This document shows, in pieces, positions 15,560 through 27,408 of a stretch of 43,733 nucleotides of DNA. The notes beneath the pieces are model-generated. The model did not search any database, had not been told where the DNA came from, and saw only the letters and a program-made list of their open reading frames with translations. The number at the start of each line of letters is the position of its first letter. The stretch's first letter is position 1. The stretch comes from a virus, in the IMG/VR virus record IMGVR_UViG_3300025010_000018; one strand, given 5' to 3'. The position numbers were made by a program, and so were the translations under genes.

Positions 15560-16387
15560 ATGGACGAAGAGAATAAAGTGGTTCAAACCACAACCTCTCC
15601 TACACCTGAGACGGAACCTATAGTTCCTGAGGTAGAGGAGAATGTTGAAGGAAGCGATACCGATACCCAGCCAACCAGCGAGGCTGACGTAGTACAAGAG
15701 GAATCTGGTGAGGAGACAGTCGATACGCCTGTTTCTAATTGGGAAAATGATAAGAAGGCGATGTCAGGGAAAATAAGTAGTTTGGAGAAAGAACGAAATG
15801 AGTATCAACAAAAGGCGAGATTGCTAGAGGCACTTGATAGTGCAGCTGCAAACGACCCTGAGTTTATGAGGATAGCAAACAAGAAGTTAGTAGAACAAGG
15901 ATTGCTTGACGAGTCAGTGTTACAGGAATTTGAGCAGACAGTGCCCCAGAAAACTGACGGTACAACCCAAAACCCTGCAATATTATGGGCTCAGCAACAA
16001 ATGCAGAACGAAAAGAATAAAAGAGAGGAGTTTTTCAAAAGTTTTGAGGAACGACACTCTGACCTAACAGAAGGTAGTCCTGAAATAGTCCGAGCAAACC
16101 GAAATGCAATTGGTGCAGCGGCAGCGAGAATTATGGCAAAGGACAATGTTTCTGAAGGGGATGCTTACGAACATGCATACAAACTTATAATGAACCCAAA
16201 TCAATTAATTGAGGACGGTAAGTTACAGGGGATTGCACAAGCACAATCTGGTTTACCTTCTGAAGGAGCGGCCTCGGGCGGAGTAGCGAAGTCTTCGGGT
16301 GGAGTAATATTAACACCTGAACAAAAAGATGTAGCAAAACGTTTTGGCATGACAGAAGAAAAATATGCACAAAGTTTAGAGGAGTAA
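15560..16387 (+). CDS. Scaffolding protein candidate (275 aa)
   Basis: Acidic, helical, coiled-coil-like sequence between the portal and the major capsid gene. Confidence 0.55.
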   Translation: MDEENKVVQTTTSPTPETEPIVPEVEENVEGSDTDTQPTSEADVVQEESGEETVDTPVSNWENDKKAMSGKISSLEKERNEYQQKARLLEALDSAAANDPEFMRIANKKLVEQGLLDESVLQEFEQTVPQKTDGTTQNPAILWAQQQMQNEKNKREEFFKSFEERHSDLTEGSPEIVRANRNAIGAAAARIMAKDNVSEGDAYEHAYKLIMNPNQLIEDGKLQGIAQAQSGLPSEGAASGGVAKSSGGVILTPEQKDVAKRFGMTEEKYAQSLEE

Positions 16388-16421
16388 TCTTCTAATATTT
16401 TAATTTTGACAATTTAATATC

Positions 16422-16880
16422 ATGTACGGAGCAAGAGTAATCAAATCCCTTTCGGGACAAGATAGAGTCCACATGGAATTTAACGCTGCAGGAACATTCG
16501 CTGCAGGTGATTTCGTAATGTTGGATGGTTCCACAGGTGAAGTAGTAGTAGCTACTGCAGGTTCAAGTATTTTAGGTGTAGCTTTAGAAGCTGCAACAAA
16601 CGCAAGCACAAAAGTTATGGTTGATATCACACCAGGAATGGTTGTTTTGATGGATAACGATAACGACACTGAGACATTCGCAGCAACACATGTTGGAGAA
16701 TGGGGAGATTTTATTGGTGCAACTGGTGCAATGCAGATTAACTCAAACACATTGAGTTCTACAAAAGCACAGTTACAATGTTTAGAATATAACCCACAAG
16801 GTTATGGACTAGATTCAGATACAAGCATTGGTTTGTTCTATGTTGCTGAGAGACAGATTTGTGAGCAAGCAGCAGCGTAG
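16422..16880 (+). CDS. Head decoration / capsid cement protein candidate (DUF2190-like)
   Basis: AGDFVMLDGSTGEVVVATAGSSILGVALEA...VMVDITPGMVV pattern; lies immediately upstream of the major capsid protein. Confidence 0.45.
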   Translation: MYGARVIKSLSGQDRVHMEFNAAGTFAAGDFVMLDGSTGEVVVATAGSSILGVALEAATNASTKVMVDITPGMVVLMDNDNDTETFAATHVGEWGDFIGATGAMQINSNTLSSTKAQLQCLEYNPQGYGLDSDTSIGLFYVAERQICEQAAA

Positions 16881-16916
16881 TTTTAGTAGTATTTTTAATT
16901 TTAGTAGTTTTAAGTT

Positions 16917-17897
16917 ATGGCAAACAGTTTAGTACCAGTAGCACCAGTAACAGTTGCTGCAAATTCAAAACTCATTGACCCAGGGATAAAAGCCGTTTTA
17001 GCGGATAGTTATTCTGTGCTGGATGAAAAACTGATGAAGATTTTCAAGACAGTAGATATGAGGACATTGAGTGAAGAGTTCGCAGGATACGCTGGTTTGG
17101 GAAGCATTCCTATAGTTAATGAACTAGGAGAATTCAGTGAAGATGCAATAATGCATACTTATGATACGACATTGACCGCATTCAAATATGGGGAACTTTT
17201 ATCAATTTCTTATGAATTGTTAGAGGACGACCTAAGTGGTGCAGTTGAAAAAGCAAAGTATGGGACAAGAGCATTGGTAAGAAAAGCAGAAGCTATTGGA
17301 GCAAGTGTATTCAACAACGGGTTCAATACATCCTATACTTCATATGGAGATGCAAAGCCTCTATTCTCAGTATCTCACACGAGAGCTGATGGTGGAGCAG
17401 CACAAAGTAACGCAAGTGCTACAGGAATCACTCTTACAGAGGATAACCTGGAGACAGCTATTTTAGCTATGAGAAGTCAGTTAGATGATAGAGGAAACTT
17501 AATCTCTATAGTTCCTGACACATTGTTAGTACCTCCTGCATTGGAGAAAGAAGCTCTTATTATAACTAAGAGTTCTAATAGAAGTGGTACCGCAAACAAT
17601 GACGCAAATGTAAACAACATGAGAGAATATACTGGTGGACAACTAAAGGTAGTCGTTTGGGACTTCTTAGGTGCAGCCGCTGGTGGTTCTGACACAGCAT
17701 GGTTCTTACTTTCAAGCACAGACAACCAAATCAAGTGGGGTTGGAGAAGAAAACCATCTGTAAAGAAGCTCGAAGAGGCAGTTGGAGCAAAGAATGAAAC
17801 AGCTTACTGGAAGATGTCATTCAGAGCAGCCTTTGGATGGTTGGATTTCAGAGGAGCTTGGGGGAGCAAAGGAGATGGAGCAACTTACGCAAGTTAG
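16917..17897 (+). CDS. Major capsid protein candidate (326 aa)
   Basis: Size, position after scaffold and decoration genes, and a strong hairpin right after the stop. Confidence 0.75.
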   Translation: MANSLVPVAPVTVAANSKLIDPGIKAVLADSYSVLDEKLMKIFKTVDMRTLSEEFAGYAGLGSIPIVNELGEFSEDAIMHTYDTTLTAFKYGELLSISYELLEDDLSGAVEKAKYGTRALVRKAEAIGASVFNNGFNTSYTSYGDAKPLFSVSHTRADGGAAQSNASATGITLTEDNLETAILAMRSQLDDRGNLISIVPDTLLVPPALEKEALIITKSSNRSGTANNDANVNNMREYTGGQLKVVVWDFLGAAAGGSDTAWFLLSSTDNQIKWGWRRKPSVKKLEEAVGAKNETAYWKMSFRAAFGWLDFRGAWGSKGDGATYAS

Positions 17898-17933
17898 TTT
17901 TGATTTAGCTCTTTAATTTCTGATAATAATCAG

Positions 17934-17959
17934 ACGAGTGGTGGGCGTAACCCACTCGT
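17934..17959 (+). terminator. Strong hairpin after the capsid gene (8-bp stem acgagtgg/ccactcgt, 10-nt loop); no U tract
   Basis: Read directly; it may be an mRNA stabiliser or partial terminator. Confidence 0.4.
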
Positions 17960-18028
17960 TAACAATCCGTTGGACACGTTACGATAAGACGTGGTAAATA
18001 TTAGGATTAATTTTAGGAAACAAACAAA

Positions 18029-18994
18029 ATGGGAGTAACAAATTTTGATATTGTGAAAGCTAGCCAATTCTTGGGAGCAACACAATTCTTTACGTTCGGA
18101 AATGTATGGTATGTAGACTATACAAATGGTAGTGATGGAAATTCGGGAAAGTCCCCAATTGAAGCATTTAAGACCATTCAAAAAGCACATGACATGGCAA
18201 CTACAAACAACCATGATGTGATTTATTTGAGTGCTTATGCAGCTCACACACCAACTTCAATGATTACTATAACTAAAAACAGATTGCACTTTGTTGCAGC
18301 TGACTTTAGACCAGGTAGTATTGGAATGGGTGCAAGATGTAGAGTAGCTATGGGAGACAGTACTGTCGCAGCAGATATTGCTTTAATGCAAAATACTGGT
18401 GTAGGCAACACATTCTCTGGTATCAAATTCGATAGTTCAAGCACAGTTGCAGCATCTTTGTATGCAGTAACTGAGGGCGGAGAATATTCAGTTTATGAGG
18501 GATGTGAATTCTATAAGTCTTCAGACTTAGATGAAACGGCAGCGGCAGAAGTCGCAAATAATGGAGATTCAGCACAGTGGGTAAACTGTACATTTGGTTC
18601 TAGCGCAAACATAATTGCTGACAATAAAATCAGGCCAAATATGTTAGTTTCTGGTGGAATAATCTCAGGCAAAAAGTGTAGAGATAATGTAATCCAGAAT
18701 TGTCTATTCTTATCCAAATCTGCTGGAACAGAGCATGTGGATATTTATGGAGCAAATGCAACCGATGTTGAGAGAATGTTACTTGTCAAAAATAGTACAT
18801 TCATGAGTAATGCCTTGGGTGCAGCAACTCCGGCTCATGCAGTTGGATTTGGCGCAGCTCAAACAGAAGGTTCAGTCCTATTACAGGATTGTGCATCTGT
18901 AGACCATACAGTTATGGCACAGGCAGCAGTCGGAATATATGTAGCGGGAGCGGTCCCAACATTCGCAACTACGGGAGTAGCAGTGGCTTCTTAA
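18029..18994 (+). CDS. Right-handed beta-helix (pectin-lyase-fold-like) virion protein candidate
   Basis: NGSDGNSGKSPIEAFKTIQKAHDMATTNNHDVIYL start typical of beta-helix proteins; Gly/Ala/Asn-rich repeated strands. Confidence 0.5.
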   Translation: MGVTNFDIVKASQFLGATQFFTFGNVWYVDYTNGSDGNSGKSPIEAFKTIQKAHDMATTNNHDVIYLSAYAAHTPTSMITITKNRLHFVAADFRPGSIGMGARCRVAMGDSTVAADIALMQNTGVGNTFSGIKFDSSSTVAASLYAVTEGGEYSVYEGCEFYKSSDLDETAAAEVANNGDSAQWVNCTFGSSANIIADNKIRPNMLVSGGIISGKKCRDNVIQNCLFLSKSAGTEHVDIYGANATDVERMLLVKNSTFMSNALGAATPAHAVGFGAAQTEGSVLLQDCASVDHTVMAQAAVGIYVAGAVPTFATTGVAVAS

Positions 18995-19007
18995 TAGAAG
19001 ACTGTTC

Positions 19008-19036
19008 TCAGTTAGAGGAGGGGGTAGAAATACCCT
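19008..19036 (+). terminator. Rho-independent terminator candidate (gaggg ... ccctc followed by ttttctttt)
   Basis: 5-bp GC stem, 10-nt loop and T-rich tail directly after 18029..18994. Confidence 0.5.
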
Positions 19037-19107
19037 CTTTTCTTTTATTGTAATTTTTGAATTAATCTTGTACTATAAATGAAGTATATAAATTAATATT
19101 TTGTCGT

Positions 19108-19482
19108 ATGGGTAATCTTTGGGAAAAAATAAAGGTGCTCGATGATGTAACAGCAACAACTACGTCAACAGCGATTTCTATCGCAGGAGCTAAAAAAGTT
19201 ATTCTTGTCTATAAAAGAGCAGACCACAATGAAGGAAAAACAGTATTTTCAGCACAGGTTTCTTTAGATGGCGTCAATTACATCACTTATAACAAGTGGA
19301 TTAGTAACGTAGCAAATACAAATGCTCAGACACTTACTAGGGTTGCAAGTGTAGATACTGGAACAGCGAATGCCACTGGACTCTTAACAATGTCTCCAGA
19401 GGACGGCTTCTTAGACATTAAAGTCACTGCAACAGAAACGACCGATGGAACTCATAGTGCTTGGTTGTATATAGAATACTAA
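19108..19482 (+). CDS. Hypothetical virion protein (124 aa)
   Basis: ORF track; structural-module position. Confidence 0.55.
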   Translation: MGNLWEKIKVLDDVTATTTSTAISIAGAKKVILVYKRADHNEGKTVFSAQVSLDGVNYITYNKWISNVANTNAQTLTRVASVDTGTANATGLLTMSPEDGFLDIKVTATETTDGTHSAWLYIEY

Positions 19483-19534
19483 TATAATTTAAGAATCCTC
19501 AAGTAGAAGTAGGTAGTAGGTATAACATTAAAAC

Positions 19535-21853
<2,319 letters not shown>

Positions 21854-21863
21854 CAAATGAAAT

Positions 21864-22841
21864 ATGAGTATTACATACCCAACTACAATTGACAACATAA
21901 CAAATCCAACAAGCACAGACACGATGGCAAGTCCAAGTCACTCTGGACAGCACAGTGATATAAACGATGCTGTAGAAGCCCTAGAAACCAAGGTGGGGGT
22001 AAATAGTAGTGCTGACACTGACTCTCTTGATTATAAACTTTCAAATGCTTCTTCAAATAACCCTGGGCATAAACATACCCTTGCTGATAGTGCTACTGAT
22101 GTTACCGCCACAAAAGACGAATTAAATTTGTTAGACGGGATGACGGCAATAGATACAGACTTATCTTCTGTAGCTGCTACGGACACGACACTTCCGAGTG
22201 CTAAGGCTGTGAAAGGATATGTGGACGGTCTAGTATATATTTGGGAGGACGAATGGGCTACTTCTACCGATTATACCGTAAATGATGCCGTTAGGAATTC
22301 AACGGCTACCATAAAAGGTGCTTACATTTGTTTAATTGCACACACCTCTGGAACCTTCGCCACAGATTTGGCTGCGGGAAAATGGGGTTTGTTTGTACAA
22401 GATGGAGACATAACAACAACAACAGCCAAATGCAGAGCGTATCTCAATTCAACACAGGCTAATCTCACTGGGAATGAGGATATACTTATAAATCTCGATG
22501 CCGAAACTTATGACCCAGGTTCTAATTTTGATACTACGAGCCACCTGTTCACTGCCCCTATTACAGGTTATTACCAAGTATCGGCTAGCGTTGGGTGTTC
22601 TACACTTGCAGATGCTAAGGTTTATCAGATATTTACAAAAGTAAATGGTGCTGATTATTCATTCTCGATGGTGCATTCTGGAAGTACAGGAGCTATGAGA
22701 ATTAACCTCGCAGATATAGTCTACATGGTATCAGGGCAAACTTTAGGACTATATTTTAGAACCACAGACACAGCAGGAGCTGTAGACTTAATAGCTACGT
22801 CAACAAGTACTCGACTGGCAATTCATTTATTAAGTACATAA
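21864..22841 (+). CDS. Tail fibre protein with a C1q/TNF-like C-terminal globular domain candidate
   Basis: N-terminal SHSGQHSDINDAVEALETKVG fibre motif; C-terminal FDTTSHLFTAPITGYYQVSASV ... resembles gC1q strands. Confidence 0.55.
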   Translation: MSITYPTTIDNITNPTSTDTMASPSHSGQHSDINDAVEALETKVGVNSSADTDSLDYKLSNASSNNPGHKHTLADSATDVTATKDELNLLDGMTAIDTDLSSVAATDTTLPSAKAVKGYVDGLVYIWEDEWATSTDYTVNDAVRNSTATIKGAYICLIAHTSGTFATDLAAGKWGLFVQDGDITTTTAKCRAYLNSTQANLTGNEDILINLDAETYDPGSNFDTTSHLFTAPITGYYQVSASVGCSTLADAKVYQIFTKVNGADYSFSMVHSGSTGAMRINLADIVYMVSGQTLGLYFRTTDTAGAVDLIATSTSTRLAIHLLST

Positions 22842-22842
22842 T

Positions 22843-23949
22843 ATGTATTACTACAATACACCAGTAATAGACAGTTTGGTTTCTGTTGACCACACCTCCG
22901 AGGCTTGCCTAATCACAAAAGAGAATGGAAACGTTATACACTTCTATAGATATGCAGCTGGGGAAGGTGGGGGACATACTGGAAACACGGGAAGAATATA
23001 CAGGAGAGAATTTGATGTTACTACCGAGACATGGGGAGTACCTGCGGAGTTTTATAATAGTGATTTTGACGACAGAAATGTAAATGGTGGAAAATTGGCT
23101 AATGGGAGAATAGTCCTATTTATCTGGATACATGATTATACAGCCCCTGCCATAAAAACAGGGATAACCTTTTACAGTGATGACGATGGGGATACATGGA
23201 GCGACCCAGTGGATATTGTTTCCTCTCTTACTGACCCTGTGGCTTACGGAAATATAATAGCCGTTCCTACAAAAGGGTTTATGAAAGGTTTCTTTGATGA
23301 GGCTACAAGTTATAGACTGTCTGTACAATTTAGCACGGACGGGGCTACATGGGGAGATGAAGTGATTGTCGGGGACTATACCGTTGGCCACGAATACAAT
23401 TTAAGCGAACCGAGTTATTCATATATTGGAGATGGTAAGATAATCTGCATTTGCAGAGACCAAAACTATACTACCTATGGAGCAAACTATTACCAGATTA
23501 CAAGTGATGATTATGGTGCAACCTGGGGGGTGCCAGTCAAAACAAACATTATTGCCCCCTATTTTGCACCTGCACCAACTACTTTTATGCACGATGGAAA
23601 ACTCATTGTGATTGGAGTTGATAGAAAGAGTTATTACACAACAGCAGGGTATACAATAAGTGAGGAGGGTCTCTGGATTTATGAAGGCGACCCCGATACA
23701 GTATTCACCTCTCCGACTTCGTACACTCACAAGTTGTTCATAAATAGACCTATTACGGACTCAGACTTGACAGTTTATGGCTACCAAAATTACGCAAAGT
23801 TAACAGATAATAGATACTTAATTGTGTTCACGGACAGGTACACAGATGCTACTAACGAAAATGCTAACTTCTATCAGTTTTATTTGGATATATACGACAA
23901 TATAACGGTAATAGGGGAGAAGACGGCATTACCCACATACAGGTACTAA
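22843..23949 (+). CDS. BNR/Asp-box beta-propeller protein (sialidase-like glycosidase candidate)
   Basis: Asp-boxes SDDDGDTW (nt 23176), STDGATW and SDDYGATW. Confidence 0.65.
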   Translation: MYYYNTPVIDSLVSVDHTSEACLITKENGNVIHFYRYAAGEGGGHTGNTGRIYRREFDVTTETWGVPAEFYNSDFDDRNVNGGKLANGRIVLFIWIHDYTAPAIKTGITFYSDDDGDTWSDPVDIVSSLTDPVAYGNIIAVPTKGFMKGFFDEATSYRLSVQFSTDGATWGDEVIVGDYTVGHEYNLSEPSYSYIGDGKIICICRDQNYTTYGANYYQITSDDYGATWGVPVKTNIIAPYFAPAPTTFMHDGKLIVIGVDRKSYYTTAGYTISEEGLWIYEGDPDTVFTSPTSYTHKLFINRPITDSDLTVYGYQNYAKLTDNRYLIVFTDRYTDATNENANFYQFYLDIYDNITVIGEKTALPTYRY

Positions 23950-23965
23950 TGTGATATAATAGACT

Positions 23966-24586
23966 ATGTCAAGTAAGAAGGGACAAGAATGGAAGAAGGC
24001 TCAAGAATTTGAAAAAAACTGGTGGAATAATTGTGCAAACACCGTAGGCGAAGACCTGAAACAAATGGAACTTGCCAAATACCTCGGACTAAAAGTCGTT
24101 CCCAATGCTTATACTCAATACAGAATACCTCTTAACGGACAGACTATTTTAGATATAGGTGGTGGACCAAGTTCAATACTCCTCAAGTGCGAGAATGTCA
24201 AAGGTATAGTGATAGACCCTTGTGACTACCCTAGCTGGGTTATAGGGCGTTATAACGAATGTAAAATAGGGTATATCAAAGACAAGGGAGAGAATATTAA
24301 AGATTTATTTGAAGGTGGTATGTTTGAGGAAGTCTGGATTTATAACTGCTTGCAACACACACAGGACCCAAAGAAGATAATTAGAAATGCACAAAAGGTA
24401 GGTAAAATTATACGATTATTTGAATGGATAGGAACTGGAACAAATGAAGGACATCCACACGAATTTACACAGAAAATATTAGAAGAATGGCTACACGGAG
24501 AAGGAAAGGTAGTTAATTTAAGTGCAAACGGATTATATGGACAGGCCTTATGTGGAATTTTTTTAGGAGACTCATATGGAAAATAG
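23966..24586 (+). CDS. Class I SAM-dependent methyltransferase
   Basis: Motif I ILDIGGGPSS, with a downstream acidic motif after a beta strand. Confidence 0.65.
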   Translation: MSSKKGQEWKKAQEFEKNWWNNCANTVGEDLKQMELAKYLGLKVVPNAYTQYRIPLNGQTILDIGGGPSSILLKCENVKGIVIDPCDYPSWVIGRYNECKIGYIKDKGENIKDLFEGGMFEEVWIYNCLQHTQDPKKIIRNAQKVGKIIRLFEWIGTGTNEGHPHEFTQKILEEWLHGEGKVVNLSANGLYGQALCGIFLGDSYGK

Positions 24587-24899
24587 AGATGAAAGGGGGA
24601 GATTTATAAAGGGAAATCTGGTTAATTTCAAGAACGGTAGACGTATGGTCAGAGGATATGTTTTAATTTATTCACCTAATCACCCTAATAAGGATACGAA
24701 TAGCTGTTGCCCAGAACACCATCTTGTGATGGAGAAATCCATATTCAAGGAAGGGAATTCTATGAGGATGAAGACAGAGATTAGAACGGAAACAATATCT
24801 AAATTAAGAGAAGCTGGTTTGTCGTTTAGAGAAATAGGGAGAAGGGTCGGTTTGACCCACTCTAACGTTGCGAACCGATTAAATAATTATGGGAAATAA
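24576..24899 (+). CDS. Degenerate HNH-type homing-endonuclease-like ORF with a C-terminal HTH
   Basis: GRFIKGN...RGYVLIYSPNHPNKD...EHHLVME matches the N-terminal part of phage HNH endonucleases but lacks the HH..N..N core; ends LSFREIGRRVGLTHSNVANRL. Confidence 0.5.
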   Translation: MENRDERGRFIKGNLVNFKNGRRMVRGYVLIYSPNHPNKDTNSCCPEHHLVMEKSIFKEGNSMRMKTEIRTETISKLREAGLSFREIGRRVGLTHSNVANRLNNYGK

Positions 24900-26097
24900 A
24901 GCAATACAATTACCAATGATACCAAGGCAAAAAGACCACTACCGAGTCCATATTGTGGGTTTATCACATTTACCAGTATCAAGAGAGTATATGGGCTGTG
25001 CATTTACGCAAAAAAAATATAAGATGGCCCAGATGTTAATGGACCTAGGACACGAAGTCTATGTTTATGGAGCTGAGGGTGGAGATGTACCTTGTACAGA
25101 ATACATAGTTACCCATACATTAAAAGACATTAGAGATACATGGGGAGACGGAGATAATAGATTTGATATAGGGTATGACTGGAAGTCCACAATGTTTAGG
25201 CACGACATTAATAAAGAGAAGACAGAGTGTACTAAGAAGTTCTACAAGAACGCTATTGAGGAAATAAATAAGAGGAAACAACCAGACGATTTCCTGATGA
25301 TTATGCAAGGATACTTTAACAAGGAGATTGCAGATGCTACAGACCTATTCCTAACAATGGAACCAGGTATAGGTTATAGAGGCAGTGTTTCCAATCTAGC
25401 GAGCGGAAAGACAGTTTGGAGAGGATTTGAGAGTAGTTATATAATGAATGTTACTTACGGAAAGGAAGACCCAAGCGAGAGTAGGAATGGTGCTTATTAT
25501 GACAGGGTATTCCCTAATTACTTTGATGACAAGGACTTCAAGTTTGAAGATAAAAAGGATGACTACTACTTCTTCATAGGTAGACTTATACATAGAAAGG
25601 GAGTGGCCACAGCTATTGAGGCAACTAGAGCAATTGGTAAGAAGTTAATTATAGCAGGGCAAATGGATGATAATGAAAAGATTAACATGAACTATCCACA
25701 CGTTGAGTATATAGGATATGTGGGGCCAGAGAAGAGAACAGAGTTAATGAGTAAGGCAAAGGCCTGTTTCATTCCTACATGGTACTTAGAACCATTCGGA
25801 GGTACGAACGTAGAGTCCCAATTGTGTGGTACTCCCGTGCTGACAACGGACTTTGGGGCGTTCCTAGACACTGTAGAAGACGGAATAACAGGATTCAGAT
25901 GTCATACATTAAACGATTTTATAGAGGGAGCTAAACTTGTGGATAAACTAGACCCTTATGTGATTAGAGCTAGAGCTGAGAGATACTTAATGAGTAATAT
26001 GCAATGGAAGCTCGAGGATTGGATGAGAGAGTTATATCAAGTGTACTTGTCCACACTAGACCCTAAGTATGGAGGTTGGGGATATATAAATGTATAA
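24889..26097 (+). CDS. GT4-family (GT-B) glycosyltransferase
   Basis: E-x7-E motif EPFGGTNVESQLCGTPVLTTDFGAF in the C-terminal domain. Confidence 0.7.
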   Translation: MGNKAIQLPMIPRQKDHYRVHIVGLSHLPVSREYMGCAFTQKKYKMAQMLMDLGHEVYVYGAEGGDVPCTEYIVTHTLKDIRDTWGDGDNRFDIGYDWKSTMFRHDINKEKTECTKKFYKNAIEEINKRKQPDDFLMIMQGYFNKEIADATDLFLTMEPGIGYRGSVSNLASGKTVWRGFESSYIMNVTYGKEDPSESRNGAYYDRVFPNYFDDKDFKFEDKKDDYYFFIGRLIHRKGVATAIEATRAIGKKLIIAGQMDDNEKINMNYPHVEYIGYVGPEKRTELMSKAKACFIPTWYLEPFGGTNVESQLCGTPVLTTDFGAFLDTVEDGITGFRCHTLNDFIEGAKLVDKLDPYVIRARAERYLMSNMQWKLEDWMRELYQVYLSTLDPKYGGWGYINV

Positions 26098-26103
26098 TAA
26101 ATC

Positions 26104-26439
26104 ATGGCAACAGTCACAGACTTCGACGGCAGTCAAAACTCAGTAGTCGATTATAATTCGGTTGGTATTCCCGAAGATTCAAACGTGAATGTTTTTGAGT
26201 TTGGTAATTTAATACTTGCAGATGTACTTCCGAGTATATTATGGGCAATAACCTACGTTTACGATTTTTCTGGAAGCCTATCAACAGCCGTAGACTACGA
26301 CGGAAATTTATTATCAGTCACAGACAGTTCTTTAGACAATTCCTTTACGTATGACTATAATGATACTTATGATGATACAACAACTAATTATGATGGATAC
26401 CCGCTACAGGGGTTTGTAATAGACATTAATGGTTCTTAA
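26104..26439 (+). CDS. Hypothetical acidic protein (111 aa)
   Basis: ORF track. Confidence 0.5.
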   Translation: MATVTDFDGSQNSVVDYNSVGIPEDSNVNVFEFGNLILADVLPSILWAITYVYDFSGSLSTAVDYDGNLLSVTDSSLDNSFTYDYNDTYDDTTTNYDGYPLQGFVIDINGS

Positions 26440-26475
26440 ATGTACAATATACGTATAAGTTAATATGCTAAATAA

Positions 26476-27408
26476 ATGCAATATTCAGATATTAAAAAGC
26501 AAACAGCATCAAATCTTGGTTACGTAGATTCAGCTGGTGCAATACTTGCTTCAAAGGATGTTTCCGAAACCGACATAGGAAATTGGGTTAATTCAAGGTA
26601 TATAGACGACTTATTCTCGACACTGTCAAGTCAATATCCTGAGGACTTTCACCGAAAGGGAACTCTCAATTTCTATAAGACTACTGGAACAGTTAGTGCC
26701 GCATCGGCTACTACAACCCTGGTAGCTACGGGAAACATATTCAACAACGGAATGGTGGGAGATAGTGTGTATAATTCAACTGATGAGGAGTTGGCTGTGA
26801 TTACTGCATACACTTCTGCAACAACTGTAACACTAGATACTACTATAGATGATGATTGGGATGGTGACACTATATACATATTAGGTCATGAGTTTGGACT
26901 TGGTGGAAACGCAGTTGATTTGAGAGGAACAACAGAGGTTGCGATTAAATACCATTCTGACGACACTGACTATATTACATGCACTAAGATAAACGAGCCA
27001 AAAGAGAGCGACAAGAATGACTACCATGGTTATTATGAAGGCTCACCAGTTTGGTACCCTACGACAGTGAGTATTTCTGGTGTACCTACAACTGCTATAG
27101 GAGTATTGCCAGAAGCAAACGAAAACGTAGCTAACGGTATTCTGATTAAATACACAGAGCAGCCTGAGGCATTGAGTGCAGACGTAGATGTGCCAAGACT
27201 ACCACTTGGAAGTCATAGTACGATAGTATTTGGTGCGACGGCAGATGGAATGAGAAAACTAATGAGACTAGATGAGGCAGACAGGTTTGAGCAACTATAC
27301 CAAGCAAGAAAAATGGAAATGATAACGAGCTATTTATTAACTAGGGGCGCAGGGATTCCTAGGGTAAGACCCAGCAGAAGACTGCGAAGAATGATTGATA
27401 GGGACTAA
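26476..27408 (+). CDS. Virion structural protein candidate (310 aa; adaptor or connector position)
   Basis: ORF track; overlaps the start of the next gene by 1 nt; no motif recognised. Confidence 0.55.
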   Translation: MQYSDIKKQTASNLGYVDSAGAILASKDVSETDIGNWVNSRYIDDLFSTLSSQYPEDFHRKGTLNFYKTTGTVSAASATTTLVATGNIFNNGMVGDSVYNSTDEELAVITAYTSATTVTLDTTIDDDWDGDTIYILGHEFGLGGNAVDLRGTTEVAIKYHSDDTDYITCTKINEPKESDKNDYHGYYEGSPVWYPTTVSISGVPTTAIGVLPEANENVANGILIKYTEQPEALSADVDVPRLPLGSHSTIVFGATADGMRKLMRLDEADRFEQLYQARKMEMITSYLLTRGAGIPRVRPSRRLRRMIDRD

